From the NCBI GenBank assembly GCA_035285125.1, contig JAYKHR010000045.1, forward strand, positions 1 to 64,000: DNA of 64,000 bases, written 5' to 3'. A model generated the notes under the pieces. That model was given only the letters and a program-made list of their open reading frames with translations. It was not told the DNA's origin and made no database searches. Positions 55,872 through 64,000 of this stretch are shown piece by piece. Within the stretch, counting starts at the first letter, position 1. Every line of letters starts with the position of its first letter. The stretch comes from Candidatus Sericytochromatia bacterium. GTDB taxonomy: Bacteria; Cyanobacteriota; Sericytochromatia; S15B-MN24; JAQBPE01. Both the position numbers and the translations under genes were made by a program.

Positions 55872-57905
55872 TCAGTAGAGCGGTACTTCGAGGTCGGGGA
55901 ACGGACGCAGGGCCTCCCCCTCTTCGGTCGGCCCACGCTCGTCGAAGATGCAGAAGGTGGACGTCCGGCGGAGGTGCCTCAGGGCCTCCAGCTGGGCGCG
56001 GGGCGACAGGCCGGCCACCAGCAGCACCTGCTGCTCAGGCGCGAGCGGGTTGGCGATCGCGGCGACGACGCCGACCTCCGGGCGTGTCCAGGTGCGCCCC
56101 TGCCACCAGAGCAGCTTCCCATCGAGGCCCGCGGCACCGGCCGCCGAGAAGCGGACGGGCAGCTGGTCGGCCCACTCGCTGGCCAGGGCATGGACGCCCG
56201 GGCGGCCCACCAGGATGAGGGCGCCCGCGCGCTCCTCGGCCGTCAACTCGGTGTCGCGGCGCACCGCCCTGGGCTGGCCGCCCGGGCCGGCCAGGCGCCG
56301 CGCGAGTTGCTCGGCCGCCTGCCGCATCGCCTCGTTCAGGGCCGCGTCGCCCTGGCTGCCCTGCACGACGACGGCGTTCGGCTGCTCGGCGGCGTCCCGG
56401 ATGCGCAGGTGCCGGCGGCGAACGAGGGGGGCCCGGTCGGCCGGGTCCAGCACCAGGCGCAGGGGGCGGCTCCGGGTCACGAAGGTGAACGGCATGCGGG
56501 CCTCGAAGGTTCGGAAGGGCACCCGCTCGGCGCCCTCCTCGGTGATCAGCACGAGGTCAGTGGGCACGCCGAGCAGGCCCACGCGGTGCGCCAGCGTCCC
56601 CATGACGCGCCACTGCCCCTCGGCCTGCTCGACGCGCACGCCCTCGAAGCCCAGCGCCGGCAGCCCCCGCTCGTTGAGCCACGAGGAGAGCCAGCCGACA
56701 GGCTGCGGCGCGAGCGCGGCGAAGGCCTCCCAGCCGCCTCGCCCGGCGCGCAGCTCGGCGTGCCACGCCTTCACGAGCGCCCAGAAGGCCTCCTCGCCGA
56801 GGGCCGATCGCAGCAGCCCCCAGGCGAGCCCGCCCTTGGTGCCGACGACGGCCTCGCGCACCGACGGTGCGGCGCTCAGCGCCTCCCGCAGCGGGACGTC
56901 ACGGGCCCCGGCCTCGTCGATGGAGGCCGCGTAGTCCCGCGCGAGGTCCGGGGCCTGCGGCGCGGGGCCAGGGCCGCGCTCGCTGGTGGCGGCCAGGTGC
57001 CAGGCGAGGCTCTCCACCAGCCAGGCCCGCTCGGGCGCCTCGGCGAAGTCGCCCTGCGGGGCGAGGGCCAGGGCCGCCGCCCGGGCGCTCGCCGGGCCAG
57101 GCGCGCGGGGCGCGGCCGAGACCCCCTCGCAGGCCACCGGGGCGTAGCCCGCGGGCAGTTCGAGCCAGCGCAGGCCCGGGCGGGGCACGAGCCCGCGCGC
57201 GCGCAAGGCCGTCGGCAGGGCGGGGCGCTCCTCGCCGGGGGCCCCGGGCGGGCCCCAGCCGGGCAGCCCGGCCCGCACCAGGGGCACGAGGGGGCCAGCC
57301 ACGAGCCCCACGGGCTCGCGCTCGGCGGCCGACAGGCGGGCCACGCGCCCCTCGCGGCGGAACTCGGCACGCGGGCAGACGGCGATCGCGCGCCAGCCCT
57401 CCGGCAGCGTGAGGGTGAGCGCCAGGCGCGGGGCCGCCTCGGGCGGGCTCGGCCACCAGCCCCCGCCGGGGCGCAGCAGCGCCAGGCGGGGCTCCACGTC
57501 CTGGCGCAGGCCCGCGGGACCTGTCAGGTGCGGGCGCCCGGCCCAGGCCACCTCCAGCACCCCGCCGGGAAACGCCGCAGGCAGCGCGAGCAGGAGCCTG
57601 GCGCCCTCTCTGCGCCAGGCGAGGGGGCGCCCGGCCAGCGCCAGGCGCGTCGGCACGAGGCCAGGGTGCAGCAGCACCTCCGTGAGGCCCCCGGGGCCAG
57701 CCGGCACCCGCAGGCGCGCCTCGCCCCTCAGCCGCCGCGCGCCTGCCAGCAGCTCCAGCGCCACGCTGGCCTCCGTGACGGCCAGCGGGACAGCCGAGGC
57801 CGCGGGGACCGGCTCGGCCGGCGGGGGGGACGCGAGCCCCAGGGGCACGGGCAGCGCCAGCAGCGCCGCCAGGCCAGCGGAGGCGAGGTGGTGGGTGAGG
57901 CTCAC
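55872..57905 (-). CDS. Exported M1-aminopeptidase-like protein lacking HEXXH
   Basis: Signal peptide, M1-like beta N-domain, AWLVESLA (cf. WLxEGxA), KGGLAW.LLR..LGEEAFW, WLNERGLP; no HEXXH. GTG overlaps the hutI stop. Confidence 0.6.
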   Translation of the reverse strand: MSLTHHLASAGLAALLALPVPLGLASPPPAEPVPAASAVPLAVTEASVALELLAGARRLRGEARLRVPAGPGGLTEVLLHPGLVPTRLALAGRPLAWRREGARLLLALPAAFPGGVLEVAWAGRPHLTGPAGLRQDVEPRLALLRPGGGWWPSPPEAAPRLALTLTLPEGWRAIAVCPRAEFRREGRVARLSAAEREPVGLVAGPLVPLVRAGLPGWGPPGAPGEERPALPTALRARGLVPRPGLRWLELPAGYAPVACEGVSAAPRAPGPASARAAALALAPQGDFAEAPERAWLVESLAWHLAATSERGPGPAPQAPDLARDYAASIDEAGARDVPLREALSAAPSVREAVVGTKGGLAWGLLRSALGEEAFWALVKAWHAELRAGRGGWEAFAALAPQPVGWLSSWLNERGLPALGFEGVRVEQAEGQWRVMGTLAHRVGLLGVPTDLVLITEEGAERVPFRTFEARMPFTFVTRSRPLRLVLDPADRAPLVRRRHLRIRDAAEQPNAVVVQGSQGDAALNEAMRQAAEQLARRLAGPGGQPRAVRRDTELTAEERAGALILVGRPGVHALASEWADQLPVRFSAAGAAGLDGKLLWWQGRTWTRPEVGVVAAIANPLAPEQQVLLVAGLSPRAQLEALRHLRRTSTFCIFDERGPTEEGEALRPFPDLEVPLY

Positions 57906-59161
57906 GGCAACAGCCGCCCCTTCTTGATGACATGCCGGGCCAGGGTGACGCCGAAGTGGTAGGCCAGGTGGTGGTGGCTTGGCATGTCCCACACCACGAG
58001 GTCCGCCTGCTTGCCCACCTCCAGGCTGCCGATGCGGTCCGCGAGCCCCAGCGCATGGGCCGCGTTGAAGGTGGCGCACGTGAGGGCCTCGGAGGGCGTG
58101 AGCCGCAGGTGCAGGCAGGCCAGCGTCATCATCATGGGCATCGACTCCGAGTAGCACGAGCCCGGGTTGAAGTCCGTCCCAAGGGCCAGCGCCACCCCGG
58201 CGTCGATCAGGCGCCGCGCCGGGGCCCGCTCGCTCATGCCGAGGAAGAACGGCGTGCCAGGCAGCATGACAGCCACGGTGTCGGAGGCCGCGAGCGCGGC
58301 GATGGAGTCAGGGCCCGTGCACAGCAGGTGGTCCGCCGAGGCGGCCCCCCAGCGGGCGGCCAGCGCGCCGCCCCCCAGGTCGGACAGCTCGTCGGCATGC
58401 AGCCGCAGCCCCAGGCCGTGGGCGCGCGCCGCGGCGAAGATGCGCTCGGTCTGGGCCGGCGAGAACACGCCCTGCTCGCAGAACACATCCACGTAGCGTG
58501 CAAGCTGGCGGGCCGCGACGACGGGGATCATCTGCGTGGCGACGCGGTCTGCGAAGGCGTCGGCGTCCTCTCCAGGGGGCACGGCGTGCGCCCCCATGAA
58601 GGTCGGCACGAGCTCCAGGGGGCCCTCGGCGGCGAGCTCGGCGATGGCCTCGAGCTGCTTGAGCTCCGTCTCCAGGTCGAGGCCGTAGCCGCTCTTGGCC
58701 TCCAGCGTGGTGGTGCCGTTGGCCTGCATCCTCGCGAGGCGGGCCCGCCCCGACGCCACGAGCGCCTCGCGGGTGGCGGCGCGGGTGTGGGAGACGGTGT
58801 GGTGGATGCCGCCCCCCGCCGCGAGGATCTCGGCGTAGCTGACGCCCTCGAGGCGGCGCGCAAACTCGTCGGCGCGGCTGCCGCCGAACACGAGGTGGGT
58901 GTGGGGGTCCACCAGGCCCGGCGTCACCGTGAGGCCCCCGGCGTCGAGCAGCAGGCCGTCAGGCTTGAGCGTGACGGCCGAGGCGGCGTCGCGGGAGGGG
59001 CCGAGCCAGGCGATGCGCTCGTCCGCGAGGGCGATCGCCGCGTCGGCGAGCGTGCCGACCTCGCGCAGCGCCGCGCCGCGCCGCGGCGCGGCGGGGCCGG
59101 CGAGGGTGCACAGCTCGCCGATGTTGACGAGCAGGGTGTCGACGAGCGGGGGGGTGGTCAT
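57902..59161 (-). CDS. hutI: Imidazolonepropionase
   Basis: PGLVDPHTH, GGGIHHTV, EAKSGYGL, FMGAH, DVFCE, LHADEL, SADHL, TDFNPGS. Confidence 0.93.
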   Translation of the reverse strand: MTTPPLVDTLLVNIGELCTLAGPAAPRRGAALREVGTLADAAIALADERIAWLGPSRDAASAVTLKPDGLLLDAGGLTVTPGLVDPHTHLVFGGSRADEFARRLEGVSYAEILAAGGGIHHTVSHTRAATREALVASGRARLARMQANGTTTLEAKSGYGLDLETELKQLEAIAELAAEGPLELVPTFMGAHAVPPGEDADAFADRVATQMIPVVAARQLARYVDVFCEQGVFSPAQTERIFAAARAHGLGLRLHADELSDLGGGALAARWGAASADHLLCTGPDSIAALAASDTVAVMLPGTPFFLGMSERAPARRLIDAGVALALGTDFNPGSCYSESMPMMMTLACLHLRLTPSEALTCATFNAAHALGLADRIGSLEVGKQADLVVWDMPSHHHLAYHFGVTLARHVIKKGRLLP

Positions 59162-59354
59162 GGGCAATGGAGTCAGGGGGCTGAGGTCGTGGCGTGGTGT
59201 GGCGAGGCGTGAAGGCCTGCTCAAAAGCCGCTCAGCGCGCCGAGCCGGCCAGAGGGGGGAGCGTTCCCACCCGCGCCTTGCGGGAGGTTGCCGGCCAAGC
59301 CATTATCGCCGTCGCAGGCGCTTTGATCCAGCCGACCGAGGGAGCAGGGCCGGC

Positions 59355-60194
59355 TCAGAACCCCGGCGGGAAGTCCCGGTGATCACGCAGCATCTTCACG
59401 AGGCCAGGGAACTCGTGGCGCCGCACGAAGGCGATGGCGCGCCGCAGGCCGCCGCCGTAGACCGGGTCACGGGAGCGCCACATCGCCTCGCGCGTGAAGT
59501 CGGCGAGCTCGTTGTCGTTCTCCTGCAGCACGTAGTAGGCCGCCAGGTTGCACACGCCCTCTTCGAGGGCCGGATCGTGCTCGGGCTGGCGGTCGAGGAA
59601 CATCCAGGCGTGCATGAGCTCATGGGCCATCGTCTTCTCGTAGACCTCGAGCGGCAGCCCGCGCAGCATGGATATGGTGACCTCGCGGGCCAGCACGCGG
59701 CCCTTGTCGTCCTTGGTCCAGCGCTTGGTCGTGAGGCCGTTGATGTTGCCGTCATGCATCGCGTTGCCGCGGCCGTACATCGCGTTGAGCGTGCCCTGCT
59801 CCACGAGCCGCACCGGGATCTGGCCGTAGTCGAAGCTCAGCCCCCAGGCGGTCATGCGGGCCCGGACCCGCTCCATGGCGGCCTCAGCCTGGCCCTGGTC
59901 GGTGATGGCCGTCTGGTGGCACACGTTGCACACCTCCCGGCCGCCGGGGTAGCGCACGCCCCCCCCCGTGTTGAAGGGCGAGATGGCCCGCGCGCAGTAG
60001 TAGCAGCGCGGGGCGTTCTGGTGCTGGAGGTGGAAGTTGGCCCGCCACTGGTCCTGCACGTAGCGGCCAGGGCCGATTTCCTTGCCGCACATCACGCACA
60101 TGGGGGCCTCGGCCGCCGCTGGCCCAGCGGCGAGCACGACGGCGAGACAGGCGGCCACCAGCGCCGCTTGGCGAGAGATCCAGGTTTTCCTCAT
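59355..60194 (-). CDS. Secreted DA1-like zinc peptidase with LIM-like zinc finger
   Basis: Signal peptide; CVMC...H..H...CYYC...CNVC; AHELMHAW, EEGVC, DPVYGGG. Confidence 0.8.
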   Translation of the reverse strand: MRKTWISRQAALVAACLAVVLAAGPAAAEAPMCVMCGKEIGPGRYVQDQWRANFHLQHQNAPRCYYCARAISPFNTGGGVRYPGGREVCNVCHQTAITDQGQAEAAMERVRARMTAWGLSFDYGQIPVRLVEQGTLNAMYGRGNAMHDGNINGLTTKRWTKDDKGRVLAREVTISMLRGLPLEVYEKTMAHELMHAWMFLDRQPEHDPALEEGVCNLAAYYVLQENDNELADFTREAMWRSRDPVYGGGLRRAIAFVRRHEFPGLVKMLRDHRDFPPGF

Positions 60195-60367
60195 GTTCCG
60201 CAAGCCTGACTTGATCCATACCCCGCGCAGCGCCGCGGATCGGTGATCGGTGATCGGTTGCGGCGCCAACGGCGGCCCGACGCCGCCTGGCAGGCCTGCC
60301 GGAACCGCATCGGGTATAATGGCGGGCCTCCCCCCCTTGCCGCGCGCCCGCGCGGGCCACGACTCAG

Positions 60368-62461
60368 ATGCCGCGAACCTCTCGACGCCGCCAACCGCCC
60401 TCGCGCCGGGGGCCTTCCCGCCTCAAGCGCTGGCTCCTCGCGGCCGCATTGCTCGGCGCCACGAGCGTGGCAGGCCTCGCCACCGGCGTGGGGTTCATGG
60501 TGTGGCACATCCCCCCCGTCGAGCGCCTGCTCGCGGCCCGGCCCACGGGCGCCACCACCATCTTTGATCGCCACGGGCGGGTGGTCGCCAGCCTGCAAAA
60601 CGGCGAGAACCGTGAGATCGTGCCGCTCGACGAGATCGCCCCGGCCGTCCAGCAGGCCGTGATCGCTGCCGAGGACATCCGCTTCTACGACCACCACGGG
60701 CTCGACCCCAGGGGCCTCGCCAGGGCGCTCTTCACGCGCGGCGAGCGGGGCGGCGGCAGCACCATCACGCAGCAGCTCGCCAAGAACCTGTTCCTGAGCG
60801 CGGACCGCACCGTCAGCCGCAAGGTCGCCGACATGTGGCTGGCCCTGCAGTTGGAGCGCACCTTGCCCAAGCGCAAGATCCTCGAGATGTATCTCAACCA
60901 GGTGTATTTCGGTCATGGTGCCTACGGGGTCGAGTCAGCCACCCGTAAATACTTCGGCAAAAAGGCGAGGGATCTCGAGGTCGCAGAGGCTGCCCAGCTG
61001 GCCGCGCTGCTGCCGGCGCCCGAGTACCGGTCGCCCTACCGCAAGCCGGAGGTGGCCGAGCAGTGGCGCAAGGTGGTGCTGCAGCGGATGGTCGACGCCC
61101 GCTACCTCGACCCCGCCGAGGCCGAGAAGGCCGCCGCGCGAAAGCTGCGCTTCGCGAACACGCCGGACTACGCCTACCGCGCCCCGTACTTCACGAGCCA
61201 CGTGCTGAGCCTCCTGACGGAGCGGCTCGGGCGCGACCTCGTCGAACGCGGGGCGCTGCGCATCCATACCACGATGGACCTCGGGCTTCAGGAGGAGGCC
61301 GAGCGGCTGATCCGCACCGGCGTGGCGAGCGCCCGCGGCTTCAAGGTCGGCCAGGGGGCCCTGGTGGCGGTCGAGCCCGGCACCGGGGCGGTGCGGGCGC
61401 TCGTGGGCGGCACCAGCTACGACGCCAGCCAGTTCAACCGCGCCGTTCAGGCCCACCGCCAGCCGGGCTCCACGTTCAAGCCTTTCGTGTACCTGGCCGC
61501 CTTCGTGAAGGGCTTCGGGCCCGCCTCCATGGTCGAGGACGCCCCGGCGAACTTCGACGGCTACAAGCCCCTGAACTACGACCACCGCTTCCACGGCAGC
61601 GTGTCCTACGAGCGCGCGCTGGCCTTCTCGTACAACGTCCCGGCCGTCCGCGTCGCGTACCAGGTCGGCATCGACGAGGTGATCAAGACGGCCCGCCTCG
61701 CGGGCATCACCAGCCCGTTGCCGCCAGAGCTCTCGGTGGCGCTGGGGTCGGCCGAGGTGACCCCGCTGGAGCTCGCGGGGGCCTACGCCACGCTGGCTGC
61801 GGACGGCACCTACGCGGAGCCGCACCTCATCTCGCGGGTCGAAGACCAGGCGGGGCAGCTGATCGAACAGACGATGACGAGCGGGGCCCCCGTGTTCCCG
61901 GCGGATGCCGTGGCGTCCCTGCACCGCTGCCTCGCGGGCGTCGTCACCTACGGCACGGGGGCCGGCGCCAACATCGGTCGCCCGGCGGGCGGCAAGACGG
62001 GCACGACCAGCGAGAACCGCGACACGTGGTTCGCGGGCTACACCCCCGACCTCGCCTGCGTCGTGTGGCTGGGCAACGACGACAACTCGCGCCTGGGCCG
62101 CACGGCCACCGGCGGCCAGCTCGCGGCCCCTCTCTGGTCTCGCTTCATGCGCGCGGCCCACCGGGGCCTGCCGGTCCGGGGCCTGGCCATGGCCGCGGCC
62201 GCCGACCCGGAGGCCACCGCCAGTGCCTCGGCCGATCCCGCAGGCAGCCTGCCCGTGGAGCCAACCTTCGCCACGCCGACGCCACCGCCCACCGAGGCCC
62301 AGCCGGAGCTGCCCGTGCTGCAGGGGTCGCCGCTGGCCGAGCCCCTGCCCACGCTGGAGCCGACGCCGGTGCCGCCGCCGCCGACGGAGGCCGCACCCCG
62401 TGAAGAGCCCACCCCGCTGACGGGCGGGGGCCAGCCCCAGCTCATCGAGGGGGGGGAGTGA
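60368..62461 (+). CDS. Class A penicillin-binding protein (PBP1A family)
   Basis: EDIRFYDHHG, GGSTITQQLAKNL, YLNQVYFG, STFK, SYN, KTG; Pro-rich tail. Confidence 0.95.
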   Translation: MPRTSRRRQPPSRRGPSRLKRWLLAAALLGATSVAGLATGVGFMVWHIPPVERLLAARPTGATTIFDRHGRVVASLQNGENREIVPLDEIAPAVQQAVIAAEDIRFYDHHGLDPRGLARALFTRGERGGGSTITQQLAKNLFLSADRTVSRKVADMWLALQLERTLPKRKILEMYLNQVYFGHGAYGVESATRKYFGKKARDLEVAEAAQLAALLPAPEYRSPYRKPEVAEQWRKVVLQRMVDARYLDPAEAEKAAARKLRFANTPDYAYRAPYFTSHVLSLLTERLGRDLVERGALRIHTTMDLGLQEEAERLIRTGVASARGFKVGQGALVAVEPGTGAVRALVGGTSYDASQFNRAVQAHRQPGSTFKPFVYLAAFVKGFGPASMVEDAPANFDGYKPLNYDHRFHGSVSYERALAFSYNVPAVRVAYQVGIDEVIKTARLAGITSPLPPELSVALGSAEVTPLELAGAYATLAADGTYAEPHLISRVEDQAGQLIEQTMTSGAPVFPADAVASLHRCLAGVVTYGTGAGANIGRPAGGKTGTTSENRDTWFAGYTPDLACVVWLGNDDNSRLGRTATGGQLAAPLWSRFMRAAHRGLPVRGLAMAAAADPEATASASADPAGSLPVEPTFATPTPPPTEAQPELPVLQGSPLAEPLPTLEPTPVPPPPTEAAPREEPTPLTGGGQPQLIEGGE

Positions 62462-62739
62462 CGGCCAGCGAGGCGAAGCTGGACTGTCTGGCCTGCGGGG
62501 CGTGCTGCGTCGCGCCCGACATCAGCACCCTGGGCAAGGCGCTCGGCGAGCGCTGCCGCCACCTGGGGGCGGACTGCCTGTGCACCATCTACGAGTCGCG
62601 GCCGGCGGTGTGCCGGGGCTACCAGCCCGACTGGGTCTGCCTGGAGGTCGCCCCGCTGCCGACGCTGCAGGCGCGGGTGGACCGCTACCTGGCCATCTAC
62701 GGGCTGGAGGCGGGCGTGGGCCCGGGGGAGGCACGGTGA
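62458..62739 (+). CDS. YkgJ-family cysteine cluster protein
   Basis: CLACGACC...RCRHL...CTIYESRPAVCRGY. Confidence 0.85.
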   Translation: MTASEAKLDCLACGACCVAPDISTLGKALGERCRHLGADCLCTIYESRPAVCRGYQPDWVCLEVAPLPTLQARVDRYLAIYGLEAGVGPGEAR

Positions 62740-63065
62740 GCGAGGACGAGCTGGAGCCCCACCTGCGGGCCGCCCTGGGCGAGGTGCGCGACCACCTGGA
62801 GGTGACGCGGCGGCCCCGGCCAGCTGCGCCACAGCCCGCGCCGGAGGTCGAGCTGCCGGAGCACCTGGCCGGGCGAGACACCACGGACCGCTTCACGCGC
62901 GGGGGGGGCCGCCCGGCACCGAACCCCCCGCGCCCCAAGGCTCCCAAGCTGGAGCGCCACCTGGCCGAGCGCCTCAAGGAGGTGTCGGACGAGGCGGTCC
63001 TCGGGGGGGGGCCGTCGGCCTGGGAGGACTACCAGGCCATGCGCAAGCGGCTGCAGGGGGGCTGA
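62736..63065 (+). CDS. Small hypothetical protein with a duplicated LE(P/R)HL...L.EV.D motif
   Basis: GTGA overlap with the upstream gene and GGGGAGG RBS; LEPHLRAALGEVRD and LERHLAERLKEVSD. Confidence 0.55.
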   Translation: MSEDELEPHLRAALGEVRDHLEVTRRPRPAAPQPAPEVELPEHLAGRDTTDRFTRGGGRPAPNPPRPKAPKLERHLAERLKEVSDEAVLGGGPSAWEDYQAMRKRLQGG

Positions 63066-63068
63066 GCG

Positions 63069-63566
63069 ATGGCCCCAGGCAGGCTGCTCGGCTGGTGGAT
63101 CGGGCTGACGCTGGCGCTGCAGGCCGCCGCGGGCGCCGCACCGGTGCGGCCTGCCGGCGAGCGCCTCGACGAGGCGCTGCGCCAGGTGCGCGTGCGCCTC
63201 GGCTTCGTGGCGCTGGCGGGCTCGCCCCTGCTGCGGGACGAGGCGGAGGGCGAGGTGTTGCGCGCCTTCGCGGCTGGCCTCGCGGCGGCCGTCGAGGGGG
63301 GCGCGATCGTGCCCGAGCGCCACGCGCGGCTGCAGGAGGCCGGCCTCGCGATCGACCAGCGCTTCCCGGAGGCCCCCTACCGCCTGGTGGTGGACGCAGG
63401 CGACGGGCTGCCCGCCATCACGATGCGGCTCCGGCGTCACCCCTGGAGCACGCTGCATGGCCTGCCGCTGCTGGGGTGGCGGACGCACGGCATCGGGGGT
63501 GGGCTGCTGCTGCGCCCCGTGACGTGGCGCCCGGGGCCCGAGGTGCCGACGGCCTACTTCGAGTGA
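63069..63566 (+). CDS. Hypothetical exported protein
   Basis: Signal-peptide-like N-terminus, tight operon spacing; no family recognised. Confidence 0.5.
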   Translation: MAPGRLLGWWIGLTLALQAAAGAAPVRPAGERLDEALRQVRVRLGFVALAGSPLLRDEAEGEVLRAFAAGLAAAVEGGAIVPERHARLQEAGLAIDQRFPEAPYRLVVDAGDGLPAITMRLRRHPWSTLHGLPLLGWRTHGIGGGLLLRPVTWRPGPEVPTAYFE

Positions 63567-63648
63567 TCAGGCGGGCGGCACGCGAGGTTGCGCGCCACCC
63601 CCCGGCCTCCTAGAATGGCACCGTTGCCTGCATCCAAAGGAGCGTGCC

Positions 63649-64000
63649 ATGCGTTACGAGATCGCCTACCAACCGTCCTACTCGCTGGCCGTCGTGCACC
63701 TCGAACGCGGCGAGGAGATCCGCTGCGAGTCGGGCGCGATGGTGAGCATGTCGTCGGACCTCGTGCTCGAGGCCAAGATGAACGGCGGCAGCGAGAACAA
63801 GGGCCTGCTCGGCTCGGCCTTCGGTGCGCTGAAGCGCAAGGTGCTCGGCGGCGAGAGCTTCTTCGTGACGACGGTGCGGGCCGATCAGGCCCCCGGCGAG
63901 GTCACGCTGGCCCCCAGCACCCCCGGCGACATCGTGGCGATGCCCCTCGACGGCCGCGCCCTGCTGGTGCAGGCCGGATCCTACCTCGCGAGCGCCATGA
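63649..64000 (+). CDS. TIGR00266/AIM24-family protein (truncated by window end)
   Basis: AAAGGAG RBS; MRYEIAYQPSYSLAVVHLERGEEIRCESGAMVSM...GGESFF...GEVTLAP..PGDI. Absent from the ORF track because no stop falls in the window. Confidence 0.88.
   Translation, partial: MRYEIAYQPSYSLAVVHLERGEEIRCESGAMVSMSSDLVLEAKMNGGSENKGLLGSAFGALKRKVLGGESFFVTTVRADQAPGEVTLAPSTPGDIVAMPLDGRALLVQAGSYLASAM

Noticed and set aside
59162..59310. Possible attenuator or riboswitch in the hutI leader
   Set aside because: GC-rich pairing is possible, but I found no recognisable motif or convincing His-rich leader peptide.

Overview
A GC-rich bacterial chromosomal window, almost fully coding, with no recognisable prophage, integrase, transposase, CRISPR array or defence island. 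It opens with the 5' end and promoter of a 16S rRNA gene (- strand). It then carries: B12-dependent lysine 5,6-aminomutase (kamDE) with a KamB-like reactivase subunit; nrnA-like, rhomboid, rnz, pit/DUF47 and recN genes; a dgt-dnaG-rpoD-tRNA(CAT) block; a four-gene signalling cluster; a dapD-dapE-ferredoxin-aminotransferase cluster; a SWIM-SNF2 helicase; a stand-alone infA; an autoregulated DtxR/MntR metal ABC operon; bcp, ugd, rodZ, rluB, trpS, panB, hutI and a class A PBP. Several proteins resemble cyanobacterial families (DgdA-like GT4, Cdv3-like coiled coil, PsbP-like lipoprotein, HstK-like kinase), but no photosynthesis genes are present. I infer a non-photosynthetic relative of Cyanobacteria such as Sericytochromatia; this is unverified. 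The most interesting items are: (1) a membrane-less RodZ-HTH fused to a Cdv3/DivIVA-like coiled coil; (2) a signalling cluster whose HD-GYP, PilZ-like and Ser/Thr-kinase parts all look catalytically degenerate; (3) a secreted ankyrin protein with a 152-aa His-rich tandem repeat; (4) a secreted DA1-like LIM peptidase; (5) a DgdA-like glycosyltransferase; (6) a leaderless mntR whose operator palindrome sits on its own start codon. All family calls come from motifs recognised by eye, not from database searches.
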